Below the pieces are notes generated by a model. It was not told the DNA's origin. It saw nothing but the letters and a program-made list of their open reading frames with translations, and ran no database searches. This document shows, one piece after another, positions 19,542-30,508 of a stretch of DNA of 45,439 bases. The stretch comes from Minisyncoccota bacterium (GTDB taxonomy: Bacteria > Patescibacteriota > Minisyncoccia > Phycocordibacterales > GCA-2401445). The position numbers and the translations under genes were made by a program. Within the stretch, counting starts at the first letter, position 1, and the number at the start of each line of letters is the position of its first letter. The stretch lies in the NCBI GenBank assembly GCA_040879725.1, contig JBBDJV010000001.1:1-45439 (forward strand), read 5' to 3'.

Positions 19542-21069
19542 ATTTTGAGTCTTGTTCGAGCCTTTGGAGTGAAGCGAGTATTTTCTTTTTCGCACCTGTT
19601 GTTCGAGCTGAAGCGAGCCATTTCCTATTCGGACGTGCTCCTTTTTTTGTAGTGATTTCAACAATATCTCCATTTTGAAGTGTCGTATCAAAACCGGTAA
19701 GTTTACCGTTTACTTTTGCACCTGACATGTGTTCTCCTACAGCAGAATGAATCGCAAAGGCAAAATCTACCGGACTAGAACCAATAGGTAAATCCACCAC
19801 ATCACCCTTTGGGGTAAAAACAAAAATACGTTCCCCAAAAAAATCTATTTTTAAATGTTCCAGAAAGCTTTCGTTTTCGTTATCTTTTGGCTGTAGTGTT
19901 GCCAGTTCTTTAATCCAATGAGGAACATCAGAGTACGAATACTTTGTCGGTGTTTGTGATACGGTGGTGTTGGAAACAACCCCAGGAATGCGAGGAAGAA
20001 GTGATTTAAGCCAAGTAATAGGATCTGTTTTCGCTTTACCTTTTCCTTTGTAGATGAGATGTGATGCAACACCGAATTCAGCTTCACGGTGCATTTCTTC
20101 TGTTCGTATTTGAATTTCAAGAATACCTCCGTCACCAGTAAAAATAGTGGTGTGGATTGAACGGTATTCATTTGGTTTCGGAAATGCAATGTAGTCTTTA
20201 ATTCTTCCCGGAAGTGGACGCCATGTGCTGTGTACCAAACCTAAAATTTGGTAACAGTCTGTTATTGATGGGCAGATAATACGCATCGCGGAAAGGTCAT
20301 ATATTTTTTCAATATCCATATTGTGAGTTTTGAGCTTTCTGAAAGTGTTGTATATGGATTTAAGCCGAAACTCTATTCGGATATGTGTTTGCCCACCCAG
20401 GGCAAGCGTCTTTATAGTTGATTTGGCAAATTTCTGAAGACGTTTTTCATTCTCTTTATTTTTTTCTCTGAAAAGTTTTCGGGTTTGCTCATACTCTGCT
20501 GGAAAAGCATATTTAAATGCGAGGTCTTCAAGCTCACGGGTAAATTTTCGAATACCAAGACGGTAGGCAAGTGGGGCATAAATTTCTAGTGTCTCAAGTG
20601 CAATTCTTTTTTGCTTTTCAGGAGGCACATGTTCAAGTGTCTGCATGTTGTGAAGCCGGTCTGCAAGCTTGATGATTATCACGCGCAAATCCTGCGCCAT
20701 TGCTACGAAAAGCTTCTGCAAACTTTTTGTATGCCGTTGTGCTCCGTGGTATCTGATTTTCCCGAGCTTTGTGACGCCTTCTACAAGAAAAAGAATTTCC
20801 TCACTGAATTCATTTTTGATTGTTGCTTGGTCTACTTCCGCATCTTCAAGAACATCATGGAGCAACCCTGCAATAATTGTATTTGGTCCCATCCCGATTT
20901 TCGCGAGGTTTAACGCTGTTGCGTATACGTGGTTAAAGTACGGCTCACCTGAAAAACGCTTTTGCGGAGCGTGAGCTTTTTCAGCAAAATAGTATGCTTT
21001 TTCTATAAGCTCGGAGTCTTCTTTGGTAAGGTCTGCTCCGGCCGCGAGTAATTCTTTAACGCTAGGCAT
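19540..21069 (-). CDS. rel: bifunctional (p)ppGpp synthetase/hydrolase with TGS domain, no ACT domain
   Basis: HDVLED, KLADRLHNM, RIKDYIAFPKPNEYRSIHT, EIQIRT, FVFTPKG...DFAFAIH. Confidence 0.92.
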   Translation of the reverse strand: MPSVKELLAAGADLTKEDSELIEKAYYFAEKAHAPQKRFSGEPYFNHVYATALNLAKIGMGPNTIIAGLLHDVLEDAEVDQATIKNEFSEEILFLVEGVTKLGKIRYHGAQRHTKSLQKLFVAMAQDLRVIIIKLADRLHNMQTLEHVPPEKQKRIALETLEIYAPLAYRLGIRKFTRELEDLAFKYAFPAEYEQTRKLFREKNKENEKRLQKFAKSTIKTLALGGQTHIRIEFRLKSIYNTFRKLKTHNMDIEKIYDLSAMRIICPSITDCYQILGLVHSTWRPLPGRIKDYIAFPKPNEYRSIHTTIFTGDGGILEIQIRTEEMHREAEFGVASHLIYKGKGKAKTDPITWLKSLLPRIPGVVSNTTVSQTPTKYSYSDVPHWIKELATLQPKDNENESFLEHLKIDFFGERIFVFTPKGDVVDLPIGSSPVDFAFAIHSAVGEHMSGAKVNGKLTGFDTTLQNGDIVEITTKKGARPNRKWLASARTTGAKKKILASLQRLEQDSK

Positions 21070-21139
21070 GCATTTATCCTACGCTTTTTGTCTGCGGTTG
21101 CAAATAGTAGACGTATCTATGATGCGCTAACAGGAGAAA

Positions 21140-23476
21140 TTAAGAGACCGCGATGATGTTTTTTATATCGTCTATGGTTGCTTTCTCGGGATTCATGTCA
21201 GGAGGAAGGTAAATTCTTCTTCGTCCGTGTTTTACAAATAAGCCGGATTTACTCTTTAAAATCTGGTAACTCTTTTTACCTTTTGGATCACGTCCAAGGT
21301 CACGCACTAGCTCCACGCCTTTCGGTAGTCGCTTAGGTTCATTGAGAAGCGCGAGCGCGCGGTCAAAGGAGACCGTGTAAGGGTCGTCCGGTGCCTTCAG
21401 AGAGCGAAATTCTCCATCACATCCGACATACGGACCAAAGCGTCCGATATTTGCGAATATATCTTTTCCACTTTCAGGGTGACTGCCAAGTGTTCGAGGT
21501 AGGGCAAGGTAGTGTGTTGCTTCTTCTATAGTAACTGCGTGAGGATCTTTTTCTTTCGGTATGCTTGCTCGTTTTGGTTTTGGATTATCTTCCGTTTTTT
21601 CGCCCATCTGAACGTAGGGACCAAAACGTCCATCGAGAACAAATATCGGTTCACCACTCTCAGGGTGAACCCCGATAGGTGTGTCGCCTGCGAGTATGCT
21701 TCCGTCAATTTTTCGAGCACCCTTACAGTCTGGGTATTTTGAACAGCTTAAAAATTTTCCATTTTTTCCGAGCTTGATAACCATGGGAGCATTACAGTCG
21801 GGGCAAGGGAATTCTTTTGGGGCGTCACCCAGTGTTGTGATTTTGTCTATACCTTCTTTTGATGCAACATCTTTTTGGAATGGTCCGTAGAATGCTTTTA
21901 GTGTGTCGGCGTAGTCGATTTTTCCTTCAGCGATATTGTCGAGTGTGTCTTCCATTTGTGCGGTAAACGTATCACTTATATACATACCGAAATTATCTTC
22001 AAGAAACGTACTTACTACTTCGCCAGTGTCGGTTGGTTTAAGCGTACGTCCTTCTTTATCAACATATCCACGTTCCTCGATAGTTCTGATAGTAGACGCA
22101 TAGGTACTCGGACGTCCGATGCCTCGTTTTTCAAGTTCTTTAATCAGTCCTGCTTCACTGTAGCGAGAAGGTGGTTGTGTTTGTTTTTCTTCTTCCGTAA
22201 GAGAAATAAGAGAAAGTAGGTCGCCTTTCACTACCTTTGGAACCTCAATATCTTCTCCGCGTGCTTTGGGATCTACCATAAGCCAGCCTGGGTTCATTAT
22301 GCGCGCTCCATTAACCGCGAAAAGAGGAAGGTTTTCGTTCTGTATTTCTGCAAGGATTTTTGTGCGCATACTGAGCGCATCTTTCATTTGTGACGCAACA
22401 GTTCTTCTCCAGATAAGTTCATAGAGAGCGCTTTCATCTCCTGATCCGGAAACAACTTTCTTTTGAGCGTTGGTGGGTCGAATAGCTTCGTGAGCTTCTT
22501 GCGCATTTTTTGATTTTTTAGCAAATGTTCGGAATTGAAGATTCTCTTTTCCAAAGTCTTTTTCAATAATCCCCGCAATTTGCCCGAGCGCTTGTTTTGA
22601 AATAGTCGTGCTGTCTGTACGCATGTAGGTGATATGTCCTGCTTCGTAGAGCTTCTGCGCCGCGCGCATGGTTCGTGACGGTGAGAAACCAAGTCGGGTG
22701 GATGCCGCTTGTTGAAGTGTTGAAGTTATAAAAGGTGGGCGAGGGGAGCGCTTTGCTTCTGTTTCAACAATGTCTGCAACTTTCCATGTTCCACTGTTAC
22801 CTTTATCTAAAATGGTTTTTACTAGTTCATAGTCGCGTGGTTCCTCGACGCAAACAAACGGCACTTCTTCTTTTTCAGTTTTGAGTTGTGCGGTGATAGT
22901 CCAAAATGTCTCAGGATCAAATGCGTTTATTTCTCGCTCACGCTCAACCAAAATACGTAGCGCAGGAGACTGCACTCGCCCTGCAGATAAACCATAGCGT
23001 ACTTTTTTCCAGATCAACCCCGATAGGTCGTACCCAACAAGTCTGTCGAGCACGCGTCGTGCTTCTTGTGCTTTGCGCAAGTTTTCATCTATGGCGCGGG
23101 GGTGCTTGAGTGCCTCAGTTATAGCTTCCTTGGTAATTTCGTGATAGCTCACACGCTTTATATTTTTCTTCGGTACGCCCACTAAAAGCTCACTGATGTG
23201 CCATGCTATTGCTTCACCTTCTCGGTCGGGGTCCATCGCAAGAAGCACCTCGTCTGCTTTTTTTGCAAGCTTTGAGAGTTCGGCAACAACCTTTTCTTTT
23301 CCACGGCTGATCTCATAGTTAGGGAGGAAGTTATTTTCGATATCGATTGCTTTCTTGTTGCTTTTGGGTAGGTCGCGAACGTGCCCAACAGAAGCACGCA
23401 CGACATAGTCGCTTCCCAGATACTTTGATATTGTTTTCGCCTTTGCCGGCGACTCAACTATTAATAATTTTGTCAT
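21140..23476 (-). CDS. topA: DNA topoisomerase I
   Basis: LLIVESPAKAKTI, DPDREGE, GRVQS, ITYMRTD, one Zn ribbon, GRFGPY C-terminal repeats. Confidence 0.97.
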   Translation of the reverse strand: MTKLLIVESPAKAKTISKYLGSDYVVRASVGHVRDLPKSNKKAIDIENNFLPNYEISRGKEKVVAELSKLAKKADEVLLAMDPDREGEAIAWHISELLVGVPKKNIKRVSYHEITKEAITEALKHPRAIDENLRKAQEARRVLDRLVGYDLSGLIWKKVRYGLSAGRVQSPALRILVEREREINAFDPETFWTITAQLKTEKEEVPFVCVEEPRDYELVKTILDKGNSGTWKVADIVETEAKRSPRPPFITSTLQQAASTRLGFSPSRTMRAAQKLYEAGHITYMRTDSTTISKQALGQIAGIIEKDFGKENLQFRTFAKKSKNAQEAHEAIRPTNAQKKVVSGSGDESALYELIWRRTVASQMKDALSMRTKILAEIQNENLPLFAVNGARIMNPGWLMVDPKARGEDIEVPKVVKGDLLSLISLTEEEKQTQPPSRYSEAGLIKELEKRGIGRPSTYASTIRTIEERGYVDKEGRTLKPTDTGEVVSTFLEDNFGMYISDTFTAQMEDTLDNIAEGKIDYADTLKAFYGPFQKDVASKEGIDKITTLGDAPKEFPCPDCNAPMVIKLGKNGKFLSCSKYPDCKGARKIDGSILAGDTPIGVHPESGEPIFVLDGRFGPYVQMGEKTEDNPKPKRASIPKEKDPHAVTIEEATHYLALPRTLGSHPESGKDIFANIGRFGPYVGCDGEFRSLKAPDDPYTVSFDRALALLNEPKRLPKGVELVRDLGRDPKGKKSYQILKSKSGLFVKHGRRRIYLPPDMNPEKATIDDIKNIIAVS

Positions 23477-23558
23477 ATAGAATGTACCACTAATACTATA
23501 CCCTAACACACAATGCAAATGTGGAAAGAAAACGGCGCCCAAAGTTTGGACGCCGGAG

Positions 23559-23873
23559 TCATGTATGTTTATTACTTTTGAGTGTGAAAATTAAGAGCAA
23601 GAAGAGTGCTGAGAGCACGGGCGCACCTATTTCCCTGTAAGGCATGAAGTGCGTCAGTGATCCCATCCAAGTGGAAAGTGGGTAGAGCAAAGTTCCTGCA
23701 ATCAGTAATACAAAAATCTGCACTATTGCGGATGCTAGTATTCCCAAAACAGGACGCTTTTTCGACGTGCTTTCTTCTGACAGTAATTTTCTTGTTCCTA
23801 CTGGAGCAAGCGCAAGGCATGCTACAAAGTAAGATGATGCAAACAAAAGTAACGTGTATCCAAAAGTTGCCAT
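23559..23873 (-). CDS. hypothetical membrane protein
   Basis: 104 aa with three hydrophobic segments, co-oriented between dprA and topA. Confidence 0.5.
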   Translation of the reverse strand: MATFGYTLLLFASSYFVACLALAPVGTRKLLSEESTSKKRPVLGILASAIVQIFVLLIAGTLLYPLSTWMGSLTHFMPYREIGAPVLSALFLLLIFTLKSNKHT

Positions 23874-23921
23874 AAGCAGAATCCCTTTCTACATGAAAAC
23901 TAGCACAACATTGACTAAATG

Positions 23922-24797
23922 TCAATATTGCTGTTTTTCTTGGATTGTTTGTAAATAGAGTAAGCCGAGTGATTCTACAACAATGCCTTTTAGTTCCAAG
24001 GTGGTGATAAGCATAGTAGCTTTCCCGATGGGCATATTCAGCTGTTCGAGTAACTCATTTTTACTTATTGGTTTAAAGAGAAGTGCGACAGCTTTCTTTT
24101 CATCGGGCGAAAGGTGTTCCAGTGTGGGTGATGCATTTGTCATTTCTTCTTTTTGGATACCCAGTGCTTCTAGTATGTCGTTGCCGTCACGGATAAGTGT
24201 AGCTCCCAAACGAAGAAGCATGTGTGGACCTTTCCCCGTGGGAGAAGTAAGAGGGTGCGGGATAGTGAGCACGTCGCGGTTGTACTCAACCGCGAGGCGT
24301 GAAGTGATAAGCGTTCCTGAGCGCTCCTGTGCTTCAATAACTAAAACCGCGTGTGACATTCCCGCCATGATCCTGTTTCTCTCAGGAAAAGAGTATGGGG
24401 TTGCTTTGAAGTTTTCCGGAAACGGAGAGATAAGCGCTCCGCCATTTTCAAGAATACTTTTTGCGATTTGTTTATGCGAGCTGGGGTAGAGCACTGAGTT
24501 TCCCAAGCCGGACCCAGGAACAGCAATCGTGTGTATTCCTGCTCTAAGCGCGCTTTTGTGGGCGATGCCGTCTATACCGAGTGCGAGTCCTGAGATAATG
24601 GAAAGAGGAGCGCCGGCAAGGTCTGTAATCAAAGACTCGCACATATGCTTTCCGTACTCCGTATATTTACGAGATCCGACAACAGAAAGCAGTTTGTGTC
24701 CCTGTGGAGGAAGTTTGCCTTTAAGAAAAAGTGCTTCGGGTGGGTCTGGTATTTCCTTAAGTAACTCCGGGAATTCGTCTGGCGTGAGTTCTTGCAT
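23922..24797 (-). CDS. dprA: DNA-processing protein DprA
   Basis: VVGSR, ISGLALGIDG, FPERNRIMAG, SGTLIT; dprA-topA synteny. Confidence 0.94.
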   Translation of the reverse strand: MQELTPDEFPELLKEIPDPPEALFLKGKLPPQGHKLLSVVGSRKYTEYGKHMCESLITDLAGAPLSIISGLALGIDGIAHKSALRAGIHTIAVPGSGLGNSVLYPSSHKQIAKSILENGGALISPFPENFKATPYSFPERNRIMAGMSHAVLVIEAQERSGTLITSRLAVEYNRDVLTIPHPLTSPTGKGPHMLLRLGATLIRDGNDILEALGIQKEEMTNASPTLEHLSPDEKKAVALLFKPISKNELLEQLNMPIGKATMLITTLELKGIVVESLGLLYLQTIQEKQQY

Positions 24798-24836
24798 AGT
24801 TTGTTTATTGTAACACTTTTCTATATACTGAAGAGC

Positions 24837-26102
24837 ATGTTAGACATCAAATTTATCCGCGAGCACAAGGAAATAGTTGAGGCGGGCGCAAAGAAAAAGC
24901 GCATGGATTTTGATGTTGCGAAACTCATAAAGGTGGATGACAAGAGAAAAGAGATTCTTTTATCTGTGGAAAAAAAGCGCACTGAGCAAAATGAGTTTAG
25001 TCGGCAGATTGCGGTGTGTTCAAACAATGACGAGCGAATACAGCTTATTTCAGAGATGAAAATTCTCAAAGAGGAATTACAGAAAGAAGAAGAAGACTTA
25101 AAGAAAGTTATGAAGCAGTGGCAAGTGCTCATGCTTGCGGTTCCCAACATTCCTGATATCAGCGTGCCTGAAGGTGGCAGTGACGCAGACAACGTAGAGG
25201 TTCGTGTGTGGGGAGAAAAGCCTTCATTTTCGTTTCAACCAAAGTCACACATAGACTTAATGACAGAAAAGAAAATGGTTGATTTCGAGCGCGGGGCGAA
25301 GGTTGCCGGCTTCAGAGGATACTATCTTAAGGGTGACGGTGCGCTTCTTATGTTTGCGCTCTGGCAGTATGTGACTGACTTTTTCATGAATCGTGGTGGG
25401 TTTACTCCAATTATCGCTCCATCTCACTTACAGCGCGAAGCATTTCTCGGTACTGGGTACCTACCGCAGGGAGAAGAAGATTTGTACAAAACACAAGACG
25501 ATACATATTTTTCTGGAACAGCAGAAGTGCCAGTTATGGCGTACTACAGTGACCAAACTCTTGAAGTAAGCGAATTTCCTATAAAGCTGTTTGCTTTTTC
25601 TCCGTGCTTCAGAAGAGAAGCAGGAAGTCACGGGAAAGATACCAAAGGGCTCATGCGAGTACATGAGTTTTATAAGTTTGAACAAGTGGTGCTCTGTGAG
25701 GCAAGTCACGAAACGTCAGTTGCATTGCATGAAGAAATTACCGCGCACGCAGAAGCGCTCATGCAGTCACTTTCTATTCCGTATCATGTGGTTGCAAACT
25801 GTGGAGGTGACTTAGGTTTAGGGCAAGTAAAGAAGTACGACATTGAAGCGTGGGTGCCATCTGAAAATAACTATCGCGAAACACATTCTGCGTCGTACTT
25901 CCATGATTTTCAAACACGCAGACTCAATATTCGCTACAAAGATTCAAGTGGAAAGCTTCGTTTCGCTCATTCACTCAACTCAACCGCACTTGCGCTTCCA
26001 CGTGTTTTGATTCAGTTAGTGGAAAACAATCAGCAAGCGGACGGCAGTATTACTGTTCCAGAGCCACTCCGTAAATACCTCGGTGGTAGAAGTCAGTTAT
26101 AA
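24837..26102 (+). CDS. serS: serine--tRNA ligase
   Basis: MLDIKFIR, coiled-coil arm, TAEVP, CFRREAGSHGKDTKG, FQTRRLNIR. Confidence 0.97.
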   Translation: MLDIKFIREHKEIVEAGAKKKRMDFDVAKLIKVDDKRKEILLSVEKKRTEQNEFSRQIAVCSNNDERIQLISEMKILKEELQKEEEDLKKVMKQWQVLMLAVPNIPDISVPEGGSDADNVEVRVWGEKPSFSFQPKSHIDLMTEKKMVDFERGAKVAGFRGYYLKGDGALLMFALWQYVTDFFMNRGGFTPIIAPSHLQREAFLGTGYLPQGEEDLYKTQDDTYFSGTAEVPVMAYYSDQTLEVSEFPIKLFAFSPCFRREAGSHGKDTKGLMRVHEFYKFEQVVLCEASHETSVALHEEITAHAEALMQSLSIPYHVVANCGGDLGLGQVKKYDIEAWVPSENNYRETHSASYFHDFQTRRLNIRYKDSSGKLRFAHSLNSTALALPRVLIQLVENNQQADGSITVPEPLRKYLGGRSQL

Positions 26103-26111
26103 TAGAGAGGT

Positions 26112-27044
26112 ATGTACGACGCGCGACGGAGAAGACTTCCTCCATCGGAGTTAAAAGAAAAGAGAAAAAAAGCCAACCGCGTTGCTGTGGGTATTGGTCT
26201 GGTGTGTTTACTCGTACTTTTTGTGGTAGGTATTTGGGCATCAAGACAAGACTGGTTTTTAATTAAAGACATACGCGTCTCTGGTACCAGTGTGCTTTCC
26301 TCTGAGCGTGTGGCAGAAGTGGTGGATGAAAGTATCGAAGGATATTATTTTAAAACCGTTCCAAAGCGGAATACATTTTTCTTGAGTAAAGGTGCTATGA
26401 AGCGTCATCTTTTTACGACCTTTTCGCGAATAGAAAATGTTACGTTTGATAGGGAAGGAAAGAATGAACTTGCTGTTATAGTGAAAGAGTTTGAACCTCA
26501 CGCACTGTGGTGCGGCGCTAACCGACCTCTGCTCGCGACAGACGATAGTGAGACGTGCTACTTCTTAGATAACCAAGGATATATTTTTGCTTCAGCTCCC
26601 ACATTTTCAGGAAGTGCATATTTTAAGTACTACGGTGACCTCGGAGTCAGCGAACCGCTTCGTGCAAATGTTTTTAAGCCCAATGAGCTCTATGAGGCAG
26701 AATTGCTTATTTTACAACTAACCGAGCTTGATCTTCAGCCGATTTACTTAGAAAAAACAAATGAAGGGGACTATAGGGTTATGTTGCGTGCCGGGTACTC
26801 AATACTGTTTGCTCCTCAGTCGCCACTTTTAGAGCAGGTTTTGTATTTAGAAGCACTTCTCTCGTCTGAAGGCTTTAATTCAGACAGAGATACTTCTCCT
26901 ACACCACTTGAATATATTGATGTTCGGTTTGGAAATAAACTGTACTATCGTTTTGTACAAACAGGAGAAGAAAAAGAAGAGGAAAAAATGATAGAACAAG
27001 AACTTCCTGCCGAGGAAGTAGAAAGTGACGTACTAGGTGAATAA
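26112..27044 (+). CDS. FtsQ/DivIB-like cell division protein
   Basis: Basic N-terminus, single TM, POTRA-like IKDIRVSG, C-terminal YIDVRFGNKLYY. Confidence 0.75.
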   Translation: MYDARRRRLPPSELKEKRKKANRVAVGIGLVCLLVLFVVGIWASRQDWFLIKDIRVSGTSVLSSERVAEVVDESIEGYYFKTVPKRNTFFLSKGAMKRHLFTTFSRIENVTFDREGKNELAVIVKEFEPHALWCGANRPLLATDDSETCYFLDNQGYIFASAPTFSGSAYFKYYGDLGVSEPLRANVFKPNELYEAELLILQLTELDLQPIYLEKTNEGDYRVMLRAGYSILFAPQSPLLEQVLYLEALLSSEGFNSDRDTSPTPLEYIDVRFGNKLYYRFVQTGEEKEEEKMIEQELPAEEVESDVLGE

Positions 27045-27074
27045 CACGAATTCAAACTCTGGTATACTTACTAG

Positions 27075-28463
27075 ATGAAGAAACGTCCTCGAAGATCACG
27101 TTTTCTCTTTTCTATTGCCGTAGGAAGTATTTTTTTCGTTCTCACGATACTTTTTCTTCCACCGGAAACAAAGGATATTTTCACATACGCACAGTCTCGA
27201 CACAGTGAGTCGGGTGGTTTTATTGCTCGAGTGAACACAACATTTTCATCGCTCGCGCATACCGGACACTTACTACTCGCGCAAACACTGGGAGCAAATG
27301 CCGCCGAATATGACCAGAATACTTCCGGCAAGAAAATTCTTATTAATATGGAAGCGAAGCACGTAACGCTTTTATTAAATGACTACACTATCGGCGTGTT
27401 GCCAATTTTGCATATTGCAGATGACACTACGCCACATGCGCCAGTAACCGGCATGTTTTCTTCTGTTAAAAAAGAGCGTGAACACTTTTCTTCTTTTCTT
27501 AGGGCGTGGTTTCCGTATACCACCTCGTTGTCTGAAAATATGTTTATACACGCGCCAGTGGTAGGTGGAGAGAGAGGAACGTTTGTGCTAAGCGAACAAG
27601 ATGCGCGAAGTGTCTATGTGTTTGCGGATTCAGATACTGATGTTGTTATTGTAAAGGGAGATAAGGATGACCTAAACAGTGGGAAGCAAACAAAGGTCTA
27701 TGTTACGGATGAAAGTGTAGGTATACCTGAGATAAGCGCAGAAGCGTATCTCGTGGCAGACGTAGAAACCGGTGAAATACTTCTCTCGAAAAACACTACT
27801 GTTTCTTTGCCCATTGCTTCCATTACCAAACTCATGACTGCTCTCGTGTCAAAAAATAAACTCAACCAGTATCATTTGATTACGCTACTACCAGAGGCAT
27901 TCCATGTTCCATACGCAGAGACGGGAGGGTTACGTGAAGGTGATGAAATACAAATTCGGGAGATACTGTACCCCATACTGATTGAATCAAGTAACAGCGC
28001 CGCGCACGCGCTCGCGCTTTACGCTGGGTACGATGCTTTTTTAAGCGAAATGAATAGTACCGCGAAAAAGATTGGCATGCGTACCACGCACTTCAGCGAC
28101 CCGAGTGGTGTGTCCTCCGGGAACACATCTACGGCCGAAGATATTTTTTCTCTAATTCAGTATTTGTACAACAACGAACGAGATATTCTAAACATCACAC
28201 GACTTCCTTCAAAGGAAACACTTACGTACCATTGGGAAAACAATAACCGTTTCGTTCACCTCGAAAATTATCTTGGAGGGAAGACGGGCGAAACAACCGC
28301 CGCAAAACAGACACTTGTTTCGCTCTTTAATATGAAGCTTTCCGAGTTTGAAAGTAGACCCATTGTGATTGTCGTTTTGCGAAGCGACCAGCGTGAGAGT
28401 GATGTCTTGCGACTCTACGACTACTTGCGCGAAGCTGTTTATTTCGCTACAACAAAGGAGTAA
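27075..28463 (+). CDS. D-alanyl-D-alanine carboxypeptidase (S11) with N-terminal YkuD-like domain
   Basis: PIASITKLMTA (SxxK), SSN, GKTG. Confidence 0.85.
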   Translation: MKKRPRRSRFLFSIAVGSIFFVLTILFLPPETKDIFTYAQSRHSESGGFIARVNTTFSSLAHTGHLLLAQTLGANAAEYDQNTSGKKILINMEAKHVTLLLNDYTIGVLPILHIADDTTPHAPVTGMFSSVKKEREHFSSFLRAWFPYTTSLSENMFIHAPVVGGERGTFVLSEQDARSVYVFADSDTDVVIVKGDKDDLNSGKQTKVYVTDESVGIPEISAEAYLVADVETGEILLSKNTTVSLPIASITKLMTALVSKNKLNQYHLITLLPEAFHVPYAETGGLREGDEIQIREILYPILIESSNSAAHALALYAGYDAFLSEMNSTAKKIGMRTTHFSDPSGVSSGNTSTAEDIFSLIQYLYNNERDILNITRLPSKETLTYHWENNNRFVHLENYLGGKTGETTAAKQTLVSLFNMKLSEFESRPIVIVVLRSDQRESDVLRLYDYLREAVYFATTKE

Positions 28464-28464
28464 T

Positions 28465-29526
28465 ATGAAAAATAAGGTGGTGAGTACGATGTTTTATAGC
28501 TTGGGAGCTATGCTTTTGGGAGCACTTGGCGTATTTGCTGTGTTTGAAGGAGGCTCGGCTATTGTGGCTTCAGTAGCTAAGCCAGGCGGAGTGTATGTTT
28601 ATCAAGCTTCACCTATTCAGACAATTAACCCTTCTTCACAAAAGAAATTGCAGACAGCGGAAGTGCTGTTTGTAGGTGATATCATGACAGACAGGGCGGT
28701 GCGAAGAAGAGTTGAGGCACGGCTCGACGGTTCCTATGAACGGCTTTTTGAAAAAGTTCCTGAATTAAAAGAGGCGGATATTACTTTCGGAAATTTAGAA
28801 GGGCCGGTATCTGACAAAGGGGAGAATGTAGGAAGTATTTATTCGTTTCGTATGGATCCGCAAACAGTTCCCGCACTACGTTCTTCCGGGTTTGATATTG
28901 TTTCTGTAGCAAACAACCATGCGGGAGATTGGTCTTTCACTGCGTTTGTTGACACTCTAGAGCGACTAAATCAAGGGGGAGTGCATCCAGTAGGAGGAGC
29001 GATGAGTAAACAAGAAGCACGAACCCCAATAATTTTTAACGTGGACGGTATTTCAATCGGATTTCTCGCATTTACTGACACTGGTCCAGACTGGCTTGAA
29101 GCGGATGAAAAAGCGGGAATACTACTTGCTTCAGATCCCAAGCGCTTAGAGTATATTCGTGAAGCACGTGCGCAAGTGGACCATCTTATCGTGTCGTACC
29201 ATTTTGGTGATGAGTATGAGTTCGGTTCAAACGAACGACAGCAAGAGCTCTCACGAAGCTCGATAGATGCAGGGGCGCGTGTTATTGTTGGGCATCACCC
29301 GCATGTTATTCAAGAGGTGGAGCAATACGGCGATGGTTTGATTTTCTACAGTTTAGGAAATTTTATTTTCGATCAGTATTTTTCTGAGGAGACAATGACG
29401 GGCATGGTGGCACGTGTATTTTTTACAAAAGAAGGTATTAGCTCGTGGACAGAAATGGTAAGTGAGCAGGATGAGTTTCTTCGACCGGTGCTTAAGAACA
29501 GTGTTACCCGAAAATTTAACTACTAG
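28465..29526 (+). CDS. CapA/PgsA-family metallophosphoesterase
   Basis: FVGDIM, GNLEGP, ANNH, YHFG.EY, GHHPHV, YSLGNFIF. Confidence 0.9.
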   Translation: MKNKVVSTMFYSLGAMLLGALGVFAVFEGGSAIVASVAKPGGVYVYQASPIQTINPSSQKKLQTAEVLFVGDIMTDRAVRRRVEARLDGSYERLFEKVPELKEADITFGNLEGPVSDKGENVGSIYSFRMDPQTVPALRSSGFDIVSVANNHAGDWSFTAFVDTLERLNQGGVHPVGGAMSKQEARTPIIFNVDGISIGFLAFTDTGPDWLEADEKAGILLASDPKRLEYIREARAQVDHLIVSYHFGDEYEFGSNERQQELSRSSIDAGARVIVGHHPHVIQEVEQYGDGLIFYSLGNFIFDQYFSEETMTGMVARVFFTKEGISSWTEMVSEQDEFLRPVLKNSVTRKFNY

Positions 29527-29527
29527 C

Positions 29528-30508
29528 ATGACACAAGGATTTTGGAAAAAACTAAAAAAGCCGATTTTGGTACTGGCGCCAATGGCGGATGTAACCGACA
29601 CGGCTTTCAGGAGAATAATCGCAAAGTACGGAAAGCCGGATGTTACGTGGACTGAGTTTGTTTCTGCGGACGGTTTGGCGAGCGCTGGGCGTGACGTGCT
29701 GTTGCGTGACCTTGAGTATACAGAAGCAGAAAGACCTATTGTGGCTCAACTGTTTACCTCTATTCCCGAACACATGGAACAAGTGGCAAAGCTGTGCAGA
29801 GAGCGTGGGTTTGATGGTATAGATATTAATATGGGTTGTCCTGATCGTTCCATAGAAAAGCAGGGGTGTGGTTCGGCAATGATAAAAAATCCGGAGAGCG
29901 CAAAAGAGATTATTCGTGCCGCGAAACGCGGGGCGGGGGATATTCCCGTGTCGGTAAAAACAAGAATTGGATACAATAAAAATGAGTTGGATACATGGCT
30001 TCCCGCTCTTCTCTCCGAGGAGCCGGCGGTGGTAACCATACACGCTCGCACACGAAAAGAAATGTCTCTTGTGCCGGCGCGATGGGAGCATATAAAAGAG
30101 GCAGTAGATATCCGTAATTCGCTTGGTTCCGAAACATTAATTATCGGAAACGGTGACGTGCTCGATAGGGAAGATGCGCTACGCAAGGTGGATGAATCGG
30201 GAGCAGACGGAGCAATGCTCGGGCGGGCTATTTTTGGAAATCCGTGGCTGTTTAACCCTGACGTAAAGAAGAGTGACTTGTCACTTTCAGAGCAACTTCG
30301 CGTAATGATTGAACATACAAAAGCATTTGAATCGCTGTTGGGTGATATTAAGAGTTTTGCGATAATGAAAAAGCATTACAAGGCATACGTAAACGGTTTT
30401 GATGGCGCAAAAGAACTTCGCATAAAGCTTTTTGAAGAGGCGGAAAATGCTCTGCAAGTGGAAGCTATTATTGTCGATTTTTTGAAGAATAATCCAGAGC
30501 TTCAATAA
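29528..30508 (+). CDS. dus: tRNA-dihydrouridine synthase
   Basis: LAPMADVTD, IDINMGCP, SVKTRIG, TIHART, GNGDV, GRAIFGNPW. Confidence 0.94.
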   Translation: MTQGFWKKLKKPILVLAPMADVTDTAFRRIIAKYGKPDVTWTEFVSADGLASAGRDVLLRDLEYTEAERPIVAQLFTSIPEHMEQVAKLCRERGFDGIDINMGCPDRSIEKQGCGSAMIKNPESAKEIIRAAKRGAGDIPVSVKTRIGYNKNELDTWLPALLSEEPAVVTIHARTRKEMSLVPARWEHIKEAVDIRNSLGSETLIIGNGDVLDREDALRKVDESGADGAMLGRAIFGNPWLFNPDVKKSDLSLSEQLRVMIEHTKAFESLLGDIKSFAIMKKHYKAYVNGFDGAKELRIKLFEEAENALQVEAIIVDFLKNNPELQ

